Part shown: piece by piece, positions 48,869-60,687 of the stretch | How positions within the stretch are numbered: position 1 is the stretch's first letter | How the letters are laid out: each line of letters begins with the position of its first letter | Assembly (NCBI GenBank): GCA_964016885.1 | Contig: OZ024742.1 | Coordinates: 245,830,001-245,894,000 of the forward strand | DNA length: 64,000 bases | From: Eledone cirrhosa | Lineage: Eukaryota | Direction of reading: 5' to 3' | Translations under genes and position numbers: made by a program | The notes under the pieces: generated by a model | Database searches by the model: none | Seen by the model: only the letters and a program-made list of their open reading frames with translations | What the model was told of the DNA's origin: nothing

Positions 48869-50738
48869 AATGCAAATCAGGATGTTGTTGGAGATAAATG
48901 TGTCCGGAATGATGCCGGTGTACTTAGTGTCACGAATGATCAGAAAAAGGAGGCCTGGAAATGTCATTATGAGAGACTGATGAATGTGGAGAATGAATGG
49001 GAGAGAGATAAATTACCCTCTGTAGATCCGACAGAGGGACCAGCTATTGAGATTGATGAATATAGGGTCCAAGAGGCGATTAAAGAAATGAAAAATGGTA
49101 AGGCTGCTGGACCATCGGGAATAGTTGCTGAGATGCTGAAGGCATCAGGGGACATAGGCACTAAACTGGTTGCACGCATCATCAATCAGGCTATATATAT
49201 GGTGGTGTCATACTCAAAGACTGGTGCAGCAGTATTCTCATAAATTGCTTCAAAGGTAAAGGGGATGCTCTGGAGAGGAGCAATTATAGGGGTATAAAAC
49301 TGATGGATCAGGTTATGAAAGTGGCAGAAAGGATATTAGCACAACTAATTAGAGAAAGGGTCAAACTAGATGAGATGCAGTTTGGTTTTGTGCCTGGGAA
49401 GAGTACAACAGATGCCCTCTTCTTGGTGAGACAATTGCAAGAGAGGTTCTTAGAGAAAAATAAGCCACTATACTTAGCCTTTGTTGACCTAGAGAAGGCC
49501 TTTGATAGGGTACCCCGATCTGTCATCTGGTGGTCCCTAAGAAAACTAGGTGTTGAGGAATGGCTTGTGAGGACAGTGCAAACTTTGTACAGAGGTACTG
49601 TCAGTAAAGTCAGGGTAGGAATGGAGTTTAGTGAGGAATTCCAGATACAAGTTAGAGTACATCATGGTTCGGTCCTCAGCCCGCTCTTGTTCATTATTGT
49701 CCTCCAAGCCATAACAGAGGAGTTTAAGACTGGCTGTCCATGGGAACTTTTCTATGCTGACGATCTGGTTCTTATAGCAGAATCAGTAGAGGAGCTAGAG
49801 AATAAATTCTGGAAGCAAGAGGACTGAGAGTGAACCTAGCTAAGACAAAAGTGTTGATGAGTAGAAAAGAGGACAAAACTCTGATTCTGCCAGGGAAATG
49901 GCCATGTTCGATATGCAGAAAAAGAACTGGCATAAATTCTATAAAATGCACACAATGCAGATCCTGGGTACACAAGAGATGTAGTGGGATAGCAGGCAAA
50001 CTAACAGGTAGGGAGAAATATGTATGCAGTAGATGTACAGGGAAATTAGACAGTAGAAGTTGCATTGATAGACACATTTTTCAAATGCAGACGGGTGCTA
50101 TAGAAGTGGTGGATAGCTTCCGGTACCTAGGAGATCAGATTAGCATGGGAGGGGGGGGGGTTCCGAGGCCATAGTATCTAGAATAAGGATGGGTTGGAAG
50201 AAGTTTAGGGAGCTGCTTCCTCTGCTGACAAAGAAGGGTTTCTCCCTGCGTATGAAAGACCGGTTATATGATGCCTGTGTGAGGAGCGCGATGCTGCATG
50301 GTAATGAGACATGGGCAGCAACTGCAGAGGATATGCGACGGCTGGAGAGAAATGAGGCAAGCATGCTCCATTGGATGTGCAGTGTCAATGTGCGTGAATG
50401 ACCCAGCATGAATGTGTTGAGAGAGAAACTGTGTCTGAGAGGGACAGAATGTAGTGTACGGGAGAGGAGACTGAGGTGGTATGGACATGTGATGCACCTG
50501 GAGGATGACCAATGGGTGAAGAAGTGCCAGGAAATGCCAGTTGAAGGAAGATGTGGTAGAGGTAGACCATGAAAAACATGGGCGGAGGTGGTGAGAACAG
50601 ACCTCAGATCGCTGAAGCTGACGGTGGAGATGACGAAGGACCGTGAGACAAGTGGAGAGATACTGTGCTGAATAAGACCCGTCCCACCCTTGCAAGCAGG
50701 GAAGAGCGGACGTAAAATGAAATGATGATGATGATGAT
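48869..50738 (+). mobile_element. 5'-truncated RTE LINE (RT plus PHD-like finger), frameshifted
   Basis: QFGFVPGKSTTDA, AFVDLEKAFDRVP, YADD, CSIC...C..C..WVHKRC...C..C; (GAT)n tail. Confidence 0.93.
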
Positions 50739-50747
50739 ATATATATA

Positions 50748-51091
50748 TCATCATCATTTTTCATTTCATTTTACATCCGCTTTTCCCTGCTTGCAAGGGT
50801 GGGACGGGAACTGATTCTGGCTTGATTTCTAAAGCTGGATGCCCTTCCTAACACCAACCTCATTTACAGTGAGTGCTGGGTGCTTATTTGCCGTGGCACC
50901 TACATGACCACTTTGCAGTGGAATGATATGGACCCCAGTCCCTATCATCTCATTTCTACAGCTGAGTAAACTGGAGCAATGTGAAATAAAGTGTCTTGCG
51001 CAAGGAAACAACACATCACCCGGTCTGAGAATTGAACTCACAACCTTTCGATTGCAAGGCCAATGCTCTAACCACTAAGCCATGTGCCTCC
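50748..51091 (-). mobile_element. Full-length SINE family 2
   Basis: Head GGAGGCACATGGCTTAGTGGTTAGAGC (A box), GAGTTCAATTC (B box), RTE-like tail. Confidence 0.9.
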
Positions 51092-51096
51092 ATATA

Positions 51097-51158
<62 letters not shown>

Positions 51159-51313
51159 AGGTAAACAGAAATAACAAAACAAACAGCACAGTACATGGAA
51201 GAAATATATTAGTTTAATGCTTGAAATAGCAGGAACAGAGTCTTAACGTTTTGGACACTAGGTCTTCATCAGAAGATAGAGTTAGAAATAGAAGATACAT
51301 AGAAAGTAAAGAG

Positions 51314-51390
<77 letters not shown>

Positions 51391-51570
51391 AAGGAATAAG
51401 GAAAAATGAGAAAAAAATTGGGGAGAAAAAACCCCACACGTGTGTATTCATTCAGCCATCTTATATATGTATATATATAAGTGACAGGATTATTGAGATA
51501 GAAATAAAAATAATAAACACAATAAATCCCATAATATACATATATATCTTTTTCTTATTTTTCCATCAAG

Positions 51571-51733
51571 GGGATGATCTTTCTGCATGATTCCGATATA
51601 AAGTCACATGGACGGTTAACTTCTTCGAACTGTGTTGTTGATGGTCGCTTTGTATTAAAGATCTCCGACTATGGACTTGGTCAGCTTTATAAACAGAGTA
51701 TTGTACCTCCAAAGTTTAGTGAAGAATACAAAA
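51571..51733 (+). CDS. rGC exon (KHD): [54 protein letters not shown]
   Basis: catcaag| ... A|gttagt; HGRL.SSNCVVD.RFVLK..DYG pseudokinase signature. Confidence 0.95.
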
Positions 51734-52567
51734 GTTAGTATTATTGTTTGATCTCCAGTTTATCAGCAATTTTCTCATCAATTTGTACATCTATTGGTCA
51801 TACACAAACCCACCATCACATACAAAACAAGAGTTTGTGCAGCAGTTTTTATTTACTAAATTTCTGTCACAAATTGTTACCCATTGGGATCAAACCTAGA
51901 ATCAAGTTGTTGGGAAGCAAACTTCTTAACCCTAATCATGATCATTGTTATCAAAAGAATAAACATTTTATATCACAGTTTATGTGTAATCACATACCTT
52001 TCTTTCATTTTTTTTTTGTAAGCATTTCACTAACACTTGAGTATTCTATATTAGTTCTAATATTGATATGTCAAGCAGCATATGGATACAGGCATGGCTA
52101 AATTGTTAAGAGGTTTGCTTGGCAATCATGTAGTTGTGGTTTCAATCACACTTTGTGGCATCTTGGACAGAGGTCTTTTACCATGGTGAGTACGGCTACG
52201 TCCTGGAAGACATGACCAAAACTAAACAAAAAGTAGTGGAGTTCCTCCAACAGAGGTGAAAGTGCCCTGGGTTGAATTGGATTGGATTAGATTTGGCAAC
52301 TTGACATTTCTAAAGTCACATTTCACCATGATCAACTTGGCTTTTTTCATCCATGCCTGACCACCATAATAATTTCTAACTTTATTCCCAGTATTTGATC
52401 GACTTTGGAAAGATGAAAGGCAAAATTGACCTTGGAGGGATTTGAACTCATAATGCCAGTGTCATAACTAAATACTACAAAATATTTTGTCCAATGCTTT
52501 AATTGTCCTATTTTTAATATAACAGAATTAAATATCTTGTGTCTCAGTCAAAGAATTATAATTTCAG

Positions 52568-52720
52568 AACTGCTATGGCGAGCTCCAGAACATCTAAGAG
52601 ATCCAATGCCAGTACGGGGTTCACAGAAAGGTGATGTTTATTCAGTAGGCATCATTATGCAGGAAATTCTTTTTGAATGTCTCCCGTTCGAATCTGAAAG
52701 TTCTATTTTAACTGTAGAAG
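52568..52720 (+). CDS. rGC exon (KHD): KLLWRAPEHLRDPMPVRGSQKGDVYSVGIIMQEILFECLPFESESSILTVE
   Basis: tttcag| ... G|gtatag; LW.APE and QKGDVYS motifs. Confidence 0.95.
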
Positions 52721-53845
52721 GTATAGTGTCTTATCTGTTTTTTTTTTTTTGGGGGGGGGGGGGGGAGGGGGGTTTCATCACTCAGATTTAAAGAGTAACT
52801 GACAGGGCAGTAAAAGAGCATAAAGAAAACAGTAGGGTGCTTTATTGTTTTATTTTACAATCTTGTAATCAGCTCAATGGTTAGTTAAGGCAGACAAATG
52901 TCTAAAAAACATTCAAACATGAAAAAATATAATAACAAACAACACATACACATGAGAATGCTCCCCCACCCTCTCCCTCTCTTTCTCATATTAGTTAAGA
53001 GAACCTCTACATGGTCACTCTTTCTCATTGTTGAATTCAATAATGTTTAGGACACTGAAGTGTAATTTCTAACCATGCTTACATGTAACTATAATGGTTA
53101 ACATGTCTGACTCACAATCACAAGGTCATGAGTTCCATTTTTAGTGGTGCATTTTATTTGATATTGCTTTAGTTAACTCAATTGGAAAAATGAATTGTAT
53201 GTTTTTTCAGTCTCTGATTACGCAATCAATGTCAACTTTCAAAGTGATCTGAGGCAGACAAATCTGATGTAGACTTTGATTACTCTATCTTAATTACTCT
53301 GTCAAGAATATAGGCTAAACCTTAAGTATTTTGTCAATAATATACATCAGACCTTAGAACATACCCAAACATCATGCCGTCAGAAACCAATGTATCTTTC
53401 TTCAAAAGAACTGCAAATATATTGTCTACAGGAACACTAGTAGCCTTCAACTGGATAGAATGTATTTGCTATTATCTTTATATAAATAAGAACAAAAAAC
53501 CAAACCAGCAAAAAAACATTTATTTGTTTTATGATTCCAACATTTAAGTCTTCTTCCTTCTTTTCCATTTATTCCTGAGAGGGTCATGGAGGAAGAGTCC
53601 TTGATATGTCTTCGAGAGGATCCTATCGAAAACAACTGTCTCCAAATGATCCAGCTGGACTTTTAAGGAAGACCAAGCAAGGCTATGGATGTTATCTAAC
53701 CTACTTGCTTGTGATCTACCCTTGGGTCTTCTGTAGGTTGGCTTTGCCCATAAAATTTAACCTGTGATTCTTTTATTAGACATTCTAACCACACTTTTAT
53801 GTTATAGAATATTTACAAGTTATATTTAATTTTAACTTTATATAG

Positions 53846-54008
53846 AAATCCTAAGCAGAGTTCAAGCTGGACAGATACCTCCATTTCGTCCTGTACTGGA
53901 GACACCATCCGAATTTTTCTGCGACTTGATACAAAAATGCTGGAGAGAAAATCCGGATGATAGACCTGACTTGAAAACAATTTTTAATATCATTAAGTCA
54001 AAGGATAA
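53846..54008 (+). CDS. rGC exon (end of KHD): EILSRVQAGQIPPFRPVLETPSEFFCDLIQKCWRENPDDRPDLKTIFNIIKSKD
   Basis: tatag| ... AA|gtgagt; PFRP and CW.E.P..RP motifs; phase 1-2. Confidence 0.94.
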
Positions 54009-54466
54009 GTGAGTATTATTCTTTTCATTATCATCATCATCATCATCTTTGTTTAACGTCCATCTTCCATGCTAGCATGGGTTGCTTATTTCAATCATTA
54101 AGCTCTAGCTATACTGGGCCCTCTCTTTCAAGAGTTTATTCAGTATGAAGACTGTAGTATTTTGTCTATTTATTCCAGGTCTCTATATTCTGAGTTTACC
54201 TTTAATCTTTTTGGGGTCGATAAGGAAAGTACTAGCCCGTTGTTGATGTAACCCTTTCTCTCCTTCCAGATATCACATTCTGGATGGATCAAAAGAGTGA
54301 GGATTATGAGGTTTTTCTGTGTCTGCTTGTGTCTGTGTGGGTAACTAAATCTCTGAGCAAAAGCTTGGTACCTACTACCAAGTCTTACTTGGTTGTAAGA
54401 GATGACTGTAGTTTTTTTTTTACCTATACACACAGACATACTTCAACTTTTATTTTCAATTTGTAG

Positions 54467-54613
54467 AGGAAAAGATAAAGATATTATGGAGACTCTATTG
54501 GGACGAATGGAAATGTATGCTTCCAACCTTCAGTCCTTGGTTGATGAACGAACTGAACAGTTAGAAACAGAGAGAAAGAAATTGGAAACACTCTTGCATC
54601 AAATCCTACCATC
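54467..54613 (+). CDS. rGC exon (coiled coil / signalling helix): KGKDKDIMETLLGRMEMYASNLQSLVDERTEQLETERKKLETLLHQILP
   Basis: ttgtag| ... TC|gtaagt; RME.YA.NL..LV.ERT and LL.QILP motifs. Confidence 0.95.
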
Positions 54614-55069
54614 GTAAGTATATGATACTCTTATATTTGTATCAGTCATTAGACTATAGCCATGCTGGGGCATCACATTAGCAGCACTTAGTTGATCATA
54701 GTAACCCCAGTACTTATTTTATTGATCTTGTTTTGCTGAACTTCTAAGTTTCTGGGACATTGGCAAATAGTAAACATAAACACAGGTATGGACACACACA
54801 CACATATATGTAAATGAGGTTGGTGTTAGGAAGGTCATCCAGCTGTAGAAATCAAGCCAGAATCAGTTCCCGTCCCACCCTTGCAAGCAGAGAAAAGCGG
54901 ACGTAAAATGAAATGATGAAATGATGATATATATATATATATATATAATAATGATAATAATATTATTTATACTTATATATAAACTATATACAATTATAAA
55001 TAGGAAAGGTCAGTATTTTTTATTTTTTACCACCTTATTACCAGTATGAGAAATAGCTCAATGCAAATG

Positions 55070-56000
55070 CATCAGATGTCTTAGAGCAGGAATATAAAGT
55101 ACAGAACAATCAAAACTATGTTTAATACATTTTATTGCTGACACTCATTTCTTCCAAACAGCCGCTTGGAACCATCGGAGCATTGGCAAAGTTTAAACAC
55201 ATAATTAAATTCCTATTCTACAAAACAATCATAAAGATACGTTGATAGTATTGTTGCTATCAATAGTGTCATATTCAAAGAGAGTGAAGATGTTGTGGTC
55301 TGTAGCAATGGGTATAATAAAGAGTATAAAAGAAGGATACTCACAAATGAGGACATTAGTGGTACATAGGCATATAGACAGTAAGAATGTAGAGGTATTA
55401 GGCATATACAGAATAATATGGTAAAGAAAGCAAAGGTATTAAGCATATATAGCATAATATGGCAAAGATATCACAAAATATAGGTGTAATATCACAAAAT
55501 ATAAGTGTAATTTTATCTTTATGGCCTGAGCAAGCTAAAGCTTCATTATAGTATTGGGAATTTCTGTTAAATATAGTTTCATTATAAGATAGAGTGGTTA
55601 TCTATTAGATACTCCTTTAGTAATCGAGTTTAATATAGATTTAGGGTGGTTAGAGTTGGTATCTACATAAAGTAGTTTTTCATTTGGTTTATGAAAGGGT
55701 GTATATATATTTTAGAGTCTAGGCAAATGGTAGCATCAAGGAAGTTAATGTTTTTAGTGTTTCTATCTAGGGTAATACTTAAGTTGAAGTTTTTAAATAG
55801 TTTATGCAATTGTTTTCTAGTTCTTTCTATATTAAATTTTTTATAATCAATAAGTAGTAGTGCATCGTCGCAGTATAAACCACTGTTGAGGTAGGGTAAA
55901 TTCTTATGAATTTCATTTAAAAGATATAGACCAACCAAATCAGTAACCACACTTTCAAAAATTATAATCTAGCTAACTCCACTTCTTTTTCTACCTACAT
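55070..56000 (-). mobile_element. Degraded PLE remnant (RT fragment plus decayed hammerhead at 55136-55182)
   Basis: GLYCDDALL...INFLDATICL RT motifs; UGCU-CCGAUGG-UUCCAAGC..GUUUGGAA-GAAA-UGAGUG-UC/AGCA; a 33-bp inverted copy of about 55459-55491 lies at about 58357-58389. Confidence 0.6.
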
Positions 56001-56696
56001 ACACTCTTTGAAAACTAGGAATAGACCATATCCATACAATGGGAAGTAATAGATGGAGCCACTTCTTATAAACCACCGAATAGATTCTGTAACCTCTGTC
56101 TTTTAGAGTCTCGAACTATAATCTACTCTAAGCTAGAAAATCAGAAATTTTTTTCACATGTCAACACTACCACTGACACTCTTTCCACAATTTCAAACCT
56201 AGATGCTAATATATAACAATGTCAGATCTAGATTCCTCACCACCGTTAACTCTTTACCTCTAGGTTTTATCAGCATAAAATATCCCCACATCTTCACATT
56301 TTTGTATCAACTCATTCCTTCATTTATCTCCTATTTATCTCAGATCCTATACTCAATAATAACTATAGAGAATAAACATACATTTACCACCACTTAATAT
56401 AACTATAATATCTTCCTTACTAATATTTTACAATCCATAATTGTATCTATTTAAATATTATTTTAAAATATTTCTTAAATATAACCAATGATATGGAAAA
56501 AGCAACCACAATATTAATACACACAACACATCTACATTTAAACATTACGAGAACAAATATCACTTTACATCCACCAGAAACTCACATAGAAACTGTTTTA
56601 AATATAATATCTCACTACATATACATATCTTAATACTACATAACATTTTTTGTCCTACACAACAGCTTCACTTCTGCTTGGATTGTTTATTTAATT

Positions 56697-58230
56697 CATC
56701 ATCATCATCATCACCGTTTTACGTCCGTTCTTCCACGCTAGCATGGGTTAGACGGGTTGTCCTGTTGTGGGCAGTGTCTGGTCGGCTGACCATGCCTTGC
56801 TCATACAGGAACTGATCTGGCTTGATTTCTACAGCTGGATGCCCTTCCTAACACCAACCTCATTTACAGTGAGTGCTGGGTGCTTTTTCGTGGCGCCTAC
56901 ATGTCCACTTTACAGTGTGGGCTGGGTGCTTTTTTGCCGTGGCACCTCCACGACCACCTTGCGGTGGGGGGCATATTGTTTATATGCTTCAGCATGTACC
57001 CATGGGAGGTCGGGTACCCTGTATTACTGCGTGACGCCAGAAGTCACGGTCGTGTGTCATTGACTTTGAGAGGTGTAGTTGGGTAAGGTCGGCTTTTATC
57101 ACCTCATCCCAAGTCATCTTGGGTCTCCCCACTCCGCGGTTTCCATCAACTTCTAGTGCTCTGCACCTTTTTATGCAGCTGTCATCCTTCATACGCATCA
57201 CATGTCCATACAAGCGTAACCGCCTCTCCTGCACGCAGCATTTGATTCCTCTTATGCTCAGTCTCTCTCTCAATTCCTTTATGCTTTGTCGTTCACGTAT
57301 ATTACTGTTACACATCCATCGGAGCATGCAGGCTTCGTTTCTCTCTAATCTACGTAAGTCTTCCACCTTCAGCGCCCAGGTCTCACTACCATGCAACATC
57401 GCTGTTCGGATACACGCATCATACAGTCTGCCTTTCATTCTGAGGGAGAAGCCTTTTGCAGCTAGCAGTGGTAGTAGTTCCCTAAACTTCTTCCATCCCG
57501 TTCTTACCCTAGTTATTGTACTTTCTGAGCACCCACCTCCGTTGCTAATTCGGTCACCTAGGTAGCAGAAGCTGTCTACTGTTTCTACAGGGCCCTCCCA
57601 GAGATTGGTGGTACTTGTTTCCTGTGGCTGTTTGCTTGCTGTTTCAGCACAGCTGCTGCATGTGAATCCTACATTCTTAATTAAGCTTCCTAAGATCCCG
57701 CTACATCTCTTGTGTACCCATTGTTTGCATTTGGGGCAGAGAATGGAGTTCCTACCTACACCTTTCCTACATACTGAGCAAGGCCATTTCCCTGAGGGGA
57801 TCTGGGTTCTGTTTTCTCGTCTACTTATAAGGACCTTAGTCTTTGTCATGTTGACTTTGAAGCCCTTTCTCTCTAGTCCCTGCTTCCAGGTTTGGAATTT
57901 ATTCTCTAGTTCTACCATAGATTCAGCTATAAGTGCGAGGTCATCAGCATACAGGAGTTCCCATGGGCATCCGGTCTTAATCTCCTCCGTTATTGCCTGC
58001 AGGACTATAATGAACAGGAGGGGGCTAAGAACAGAGCCCTGGTGGACCCCAACCTGTACGCTAAATTCCTCGCTATACTCATTGCCAATCCTAACTTTGC
58101 TGACTGCTCCCCTATACATGGCTTGTACCGCTTTCACAAGCCATTCATCTACTCCTAGTTTTCTAAGAGCCCACCAGATTACTGCACGTGGAACTCTGTC
58201 AAAGGCTTTCTCAAGGTCGACAAATGCCAT
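56697..58230 (-). mobile_element. 5'-truncated RTE LINE with an uninterrupted 413-aa ORF (RT C-terminal half plus PHD-like finger)
   Basis: ORF 56989..58230: AFVDLEKAFD, HQGSVLSP, YADD, C4HC3 finger; (CAT)n tail. Confidence 0.94.
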
Positions 58231-58383
58231 TATGTATCTGATTCACTCTCAACGCATGCATGAACGAAACTTTGTATATGTATATTACACAAGTAGCTTC
58301 ACAATTTTCACCTTATATCCTACCCATGCATTCCTGACTGCTTAATATCTTCATCCTATTACACCTATATTTTGTGATATCTT

Positions 58384-58423
<40 letters not shown>

Positions 58424-58621
58424 GTAGTAGTATGTAGAAAAAAAATAAGCTGCTGTTCCCTCAGGTGCCAAGAGTCTGCAGGTCTGGTACAGAATGCGAG
58501 ACTGAAGACAGTTAGGTGGCATGTAGAATGCCCGACAGAGCGGAAATGTCAGGACACAAGAGACTTGGATATATCAAATATGCTCTGCGATTCTGTTAAC
58601 CAGCCAATGGTCAGTTTGACC

Positions 58622-59095
58622 AGTAGGTGTTCCGAAAGTACTGTAGCCAGAGTGAGAATGGGATGGAAGAAGTTCAGGGAGCTACTACCACAGCTAGCTA
58701 CAAAAGCCTTTTCCCTCAAAATGAAAGGCAGACTGGATGATGCATGGTAGTGAGACCTGGGCGCTGTGTGCAGAAGACTTACAAAGGTTGGAAAAATATG
58801 AAATGTGCATGCTCTGATGGATGTGTAACAGTATTACACGTGGACGTCAAAGCATAAATGAACTGAGAGAGAAACTGGACATAAGAGGAATCAGATGTAG
58901 TGTGCAGGAGAAGAAATTGCATTGGTATGGACATGTGATGAGTATGAAGGATGGCAATGATATAAAAAGGTGCAGAGTGCTGAAAGTTGATGGAAGCCAT
59001 GGAGTGGGAAGACCCAGGAAGACTTGGGATGAAGTGATAAAAGCTGACCTTGCTCAAATTCACCTCTCAAAAGAAATGGCACAGGGCCGATGTAT
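58622..59095 (+). mobile_element. Degraded RTE LINE 3' fragment
   Basis: GWKKFRELLP, WYGHV, GRPRKTW. Confidence 0.85.
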
Positions 59096-59923
59096 TTTGG
59101 GACGAAATGTGGTTAAGGTAGTTATATCTTATTTAATTCTGAGGATTCCAAATATTGAGCTCTTAACATTAAGGATGAAACATGTAAATTAAAATATGAT
59201 ATAGTTAGCAGTGTTTGGTTTTATTTTTCAAAGTATTTCTTGCTCTACATGAATGCAGAATTGTTCATATTAGGATTTCCTACCTTTCTATAAAATTGTA
59301 TATAGCCTTATGTACGTTTTATTGTAATAAATCTCGTATTGTTGAGCTTTATAACTTCTTCCCCTCCAATTATCTGTTTTTGTATTTGAAAACAAATTAC
59401 TTTATATTATATATATTATGATGATGATATATACATGAGTAAACATCGTTAACAGAGAATGCTAACTTCTGGCATGAATGAAAACATTTAACAATCTTTG
59501 TCATTCATCATGACCACCACTTTTTTTTTGTCTTATACTTGTATTACATAAATTCTAAATAAAATATTTAGAATTTTACTTTTTTGACAGTTGTTTATGT
59601 GACACGAACAAAAATGCTATACACTTATTATTATTGCTTAATGCCATGGAAACCAGAATAAGCACCAGTTTGATGAGCCACCAGGCTTGAGATAGGCTTT
59701 CCTGTTTGGTGAGATTTGAACAAGGATCAGAGAATTTGAACAGAGAACATAGTGGAACCAAAGACTTTTAGTTAGATGCTTTACCTAATTCCACAACCCC
59801 ACATACTTTAGGAATTTATTTTATTCAATTGTCAATAATTCATGGACTAGACGCACTGATTACATAAAATCAATTGTTAAAATCAGAGTCAATGAAATCA
59901 ATATAAACATTTGTTCCTTTCAG

Positions 59924-60047
59924 ATCGATTGCAAACCAACTGAAACTCGGTAAACCTGTAGAACCAGAATCCTTTGATTGTGTATCTGTGTTCTTCAGTG
60001 ACATTGTGGGATACACAGATCTCTCATATAGAAGTACACCTTTACAG
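59924..60047 (+). CDS. rGC exon (start of cyclase domain): [42 protein letters not shown]
   Basis: tttcag| ... CAG|gtaagt; FSDIVG..S..STP.Q class III cyclase motif. Confidence 0.96.
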
Positions 60048-60687
60048 GTAAGTCTAGGTTTTACATTGTCATTGACATACCATTAGATGTCTTCATTCAT
60101 CTTATGTTGCACTTGTTTCAGATTAAAACACACACACATACACACACACATATTTATCTATCTAAGGCGGGTAAAATTCCCGAGATCCATGGACGAGTTC
60201 TCTCCAGCGGTCTCTGTCCCTCATTATCGCTGCTATCTCCAACAGACCAGTGTCTGTCCTTAGGGCATCAACATACGTTAACCTTGGTCTTCCTCTTCTA
60301 GTGTGTCCATGTAGGGGCTCCCTATATATATTAGTAAAAGGAAAAGAAAATGCTGACAAATTGTTCCCAGTGAAAAATAGTTTAATTAGGAATAAGTAAA
60401 AATTAGCAATAAGTATTGGTTAGTATTCAGTTTTTTTATATCTACATAAACTGGAAATATTCTCCCAACTTGTAGAAAACTTATAATGAAACAATTGTTT
60501 GGAAAGAGAGATATACTTTAACTTTAATTATATCTCATAAAATAATACAACTGGTTTTTCCACATTATACATATTGTTAGCACCCCAAACACTTAAATTG
60601 GGTTTATATTTAAATATAACCTAATGTTTGTTGAGTGAGATGGTTACCAGTCAGAGTTTAGCTTTAAACTATCTCTGTTATTGTATT

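Larger units (their letters stand above)
2920..60047 (+). other. Span of a receptor (membrane) guanylyl cyclase gene, NPR-A/B-like; 17 exons visible, incomplete at both ends
   Basis: The exons listed below join in frame across GT-AG introns and give ANF-receptor ECD, TM, pseudokinase, coiled coil and cyclase start in the canonical order. Confidence 0.95.

Noticed and set aside
50990-51091. tRNA gene
   Set aside because: A and B boxes are present but continue into a SINE body and LINE tail; no full cloverleaf. The same applies to SINE family 1 heads.
57119-58345. Plus-strand ORFs of 148 and 246 aa (also 61118-62059)
   Set aside because: Antisense shadows of RTE ORF2.
2920-60047. Assigning the gene symbol NPR1 or NPR2
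   Set aside because: Orthology among invertebrate receptor guanylyl cyclases cannot be established without a phylogeny.
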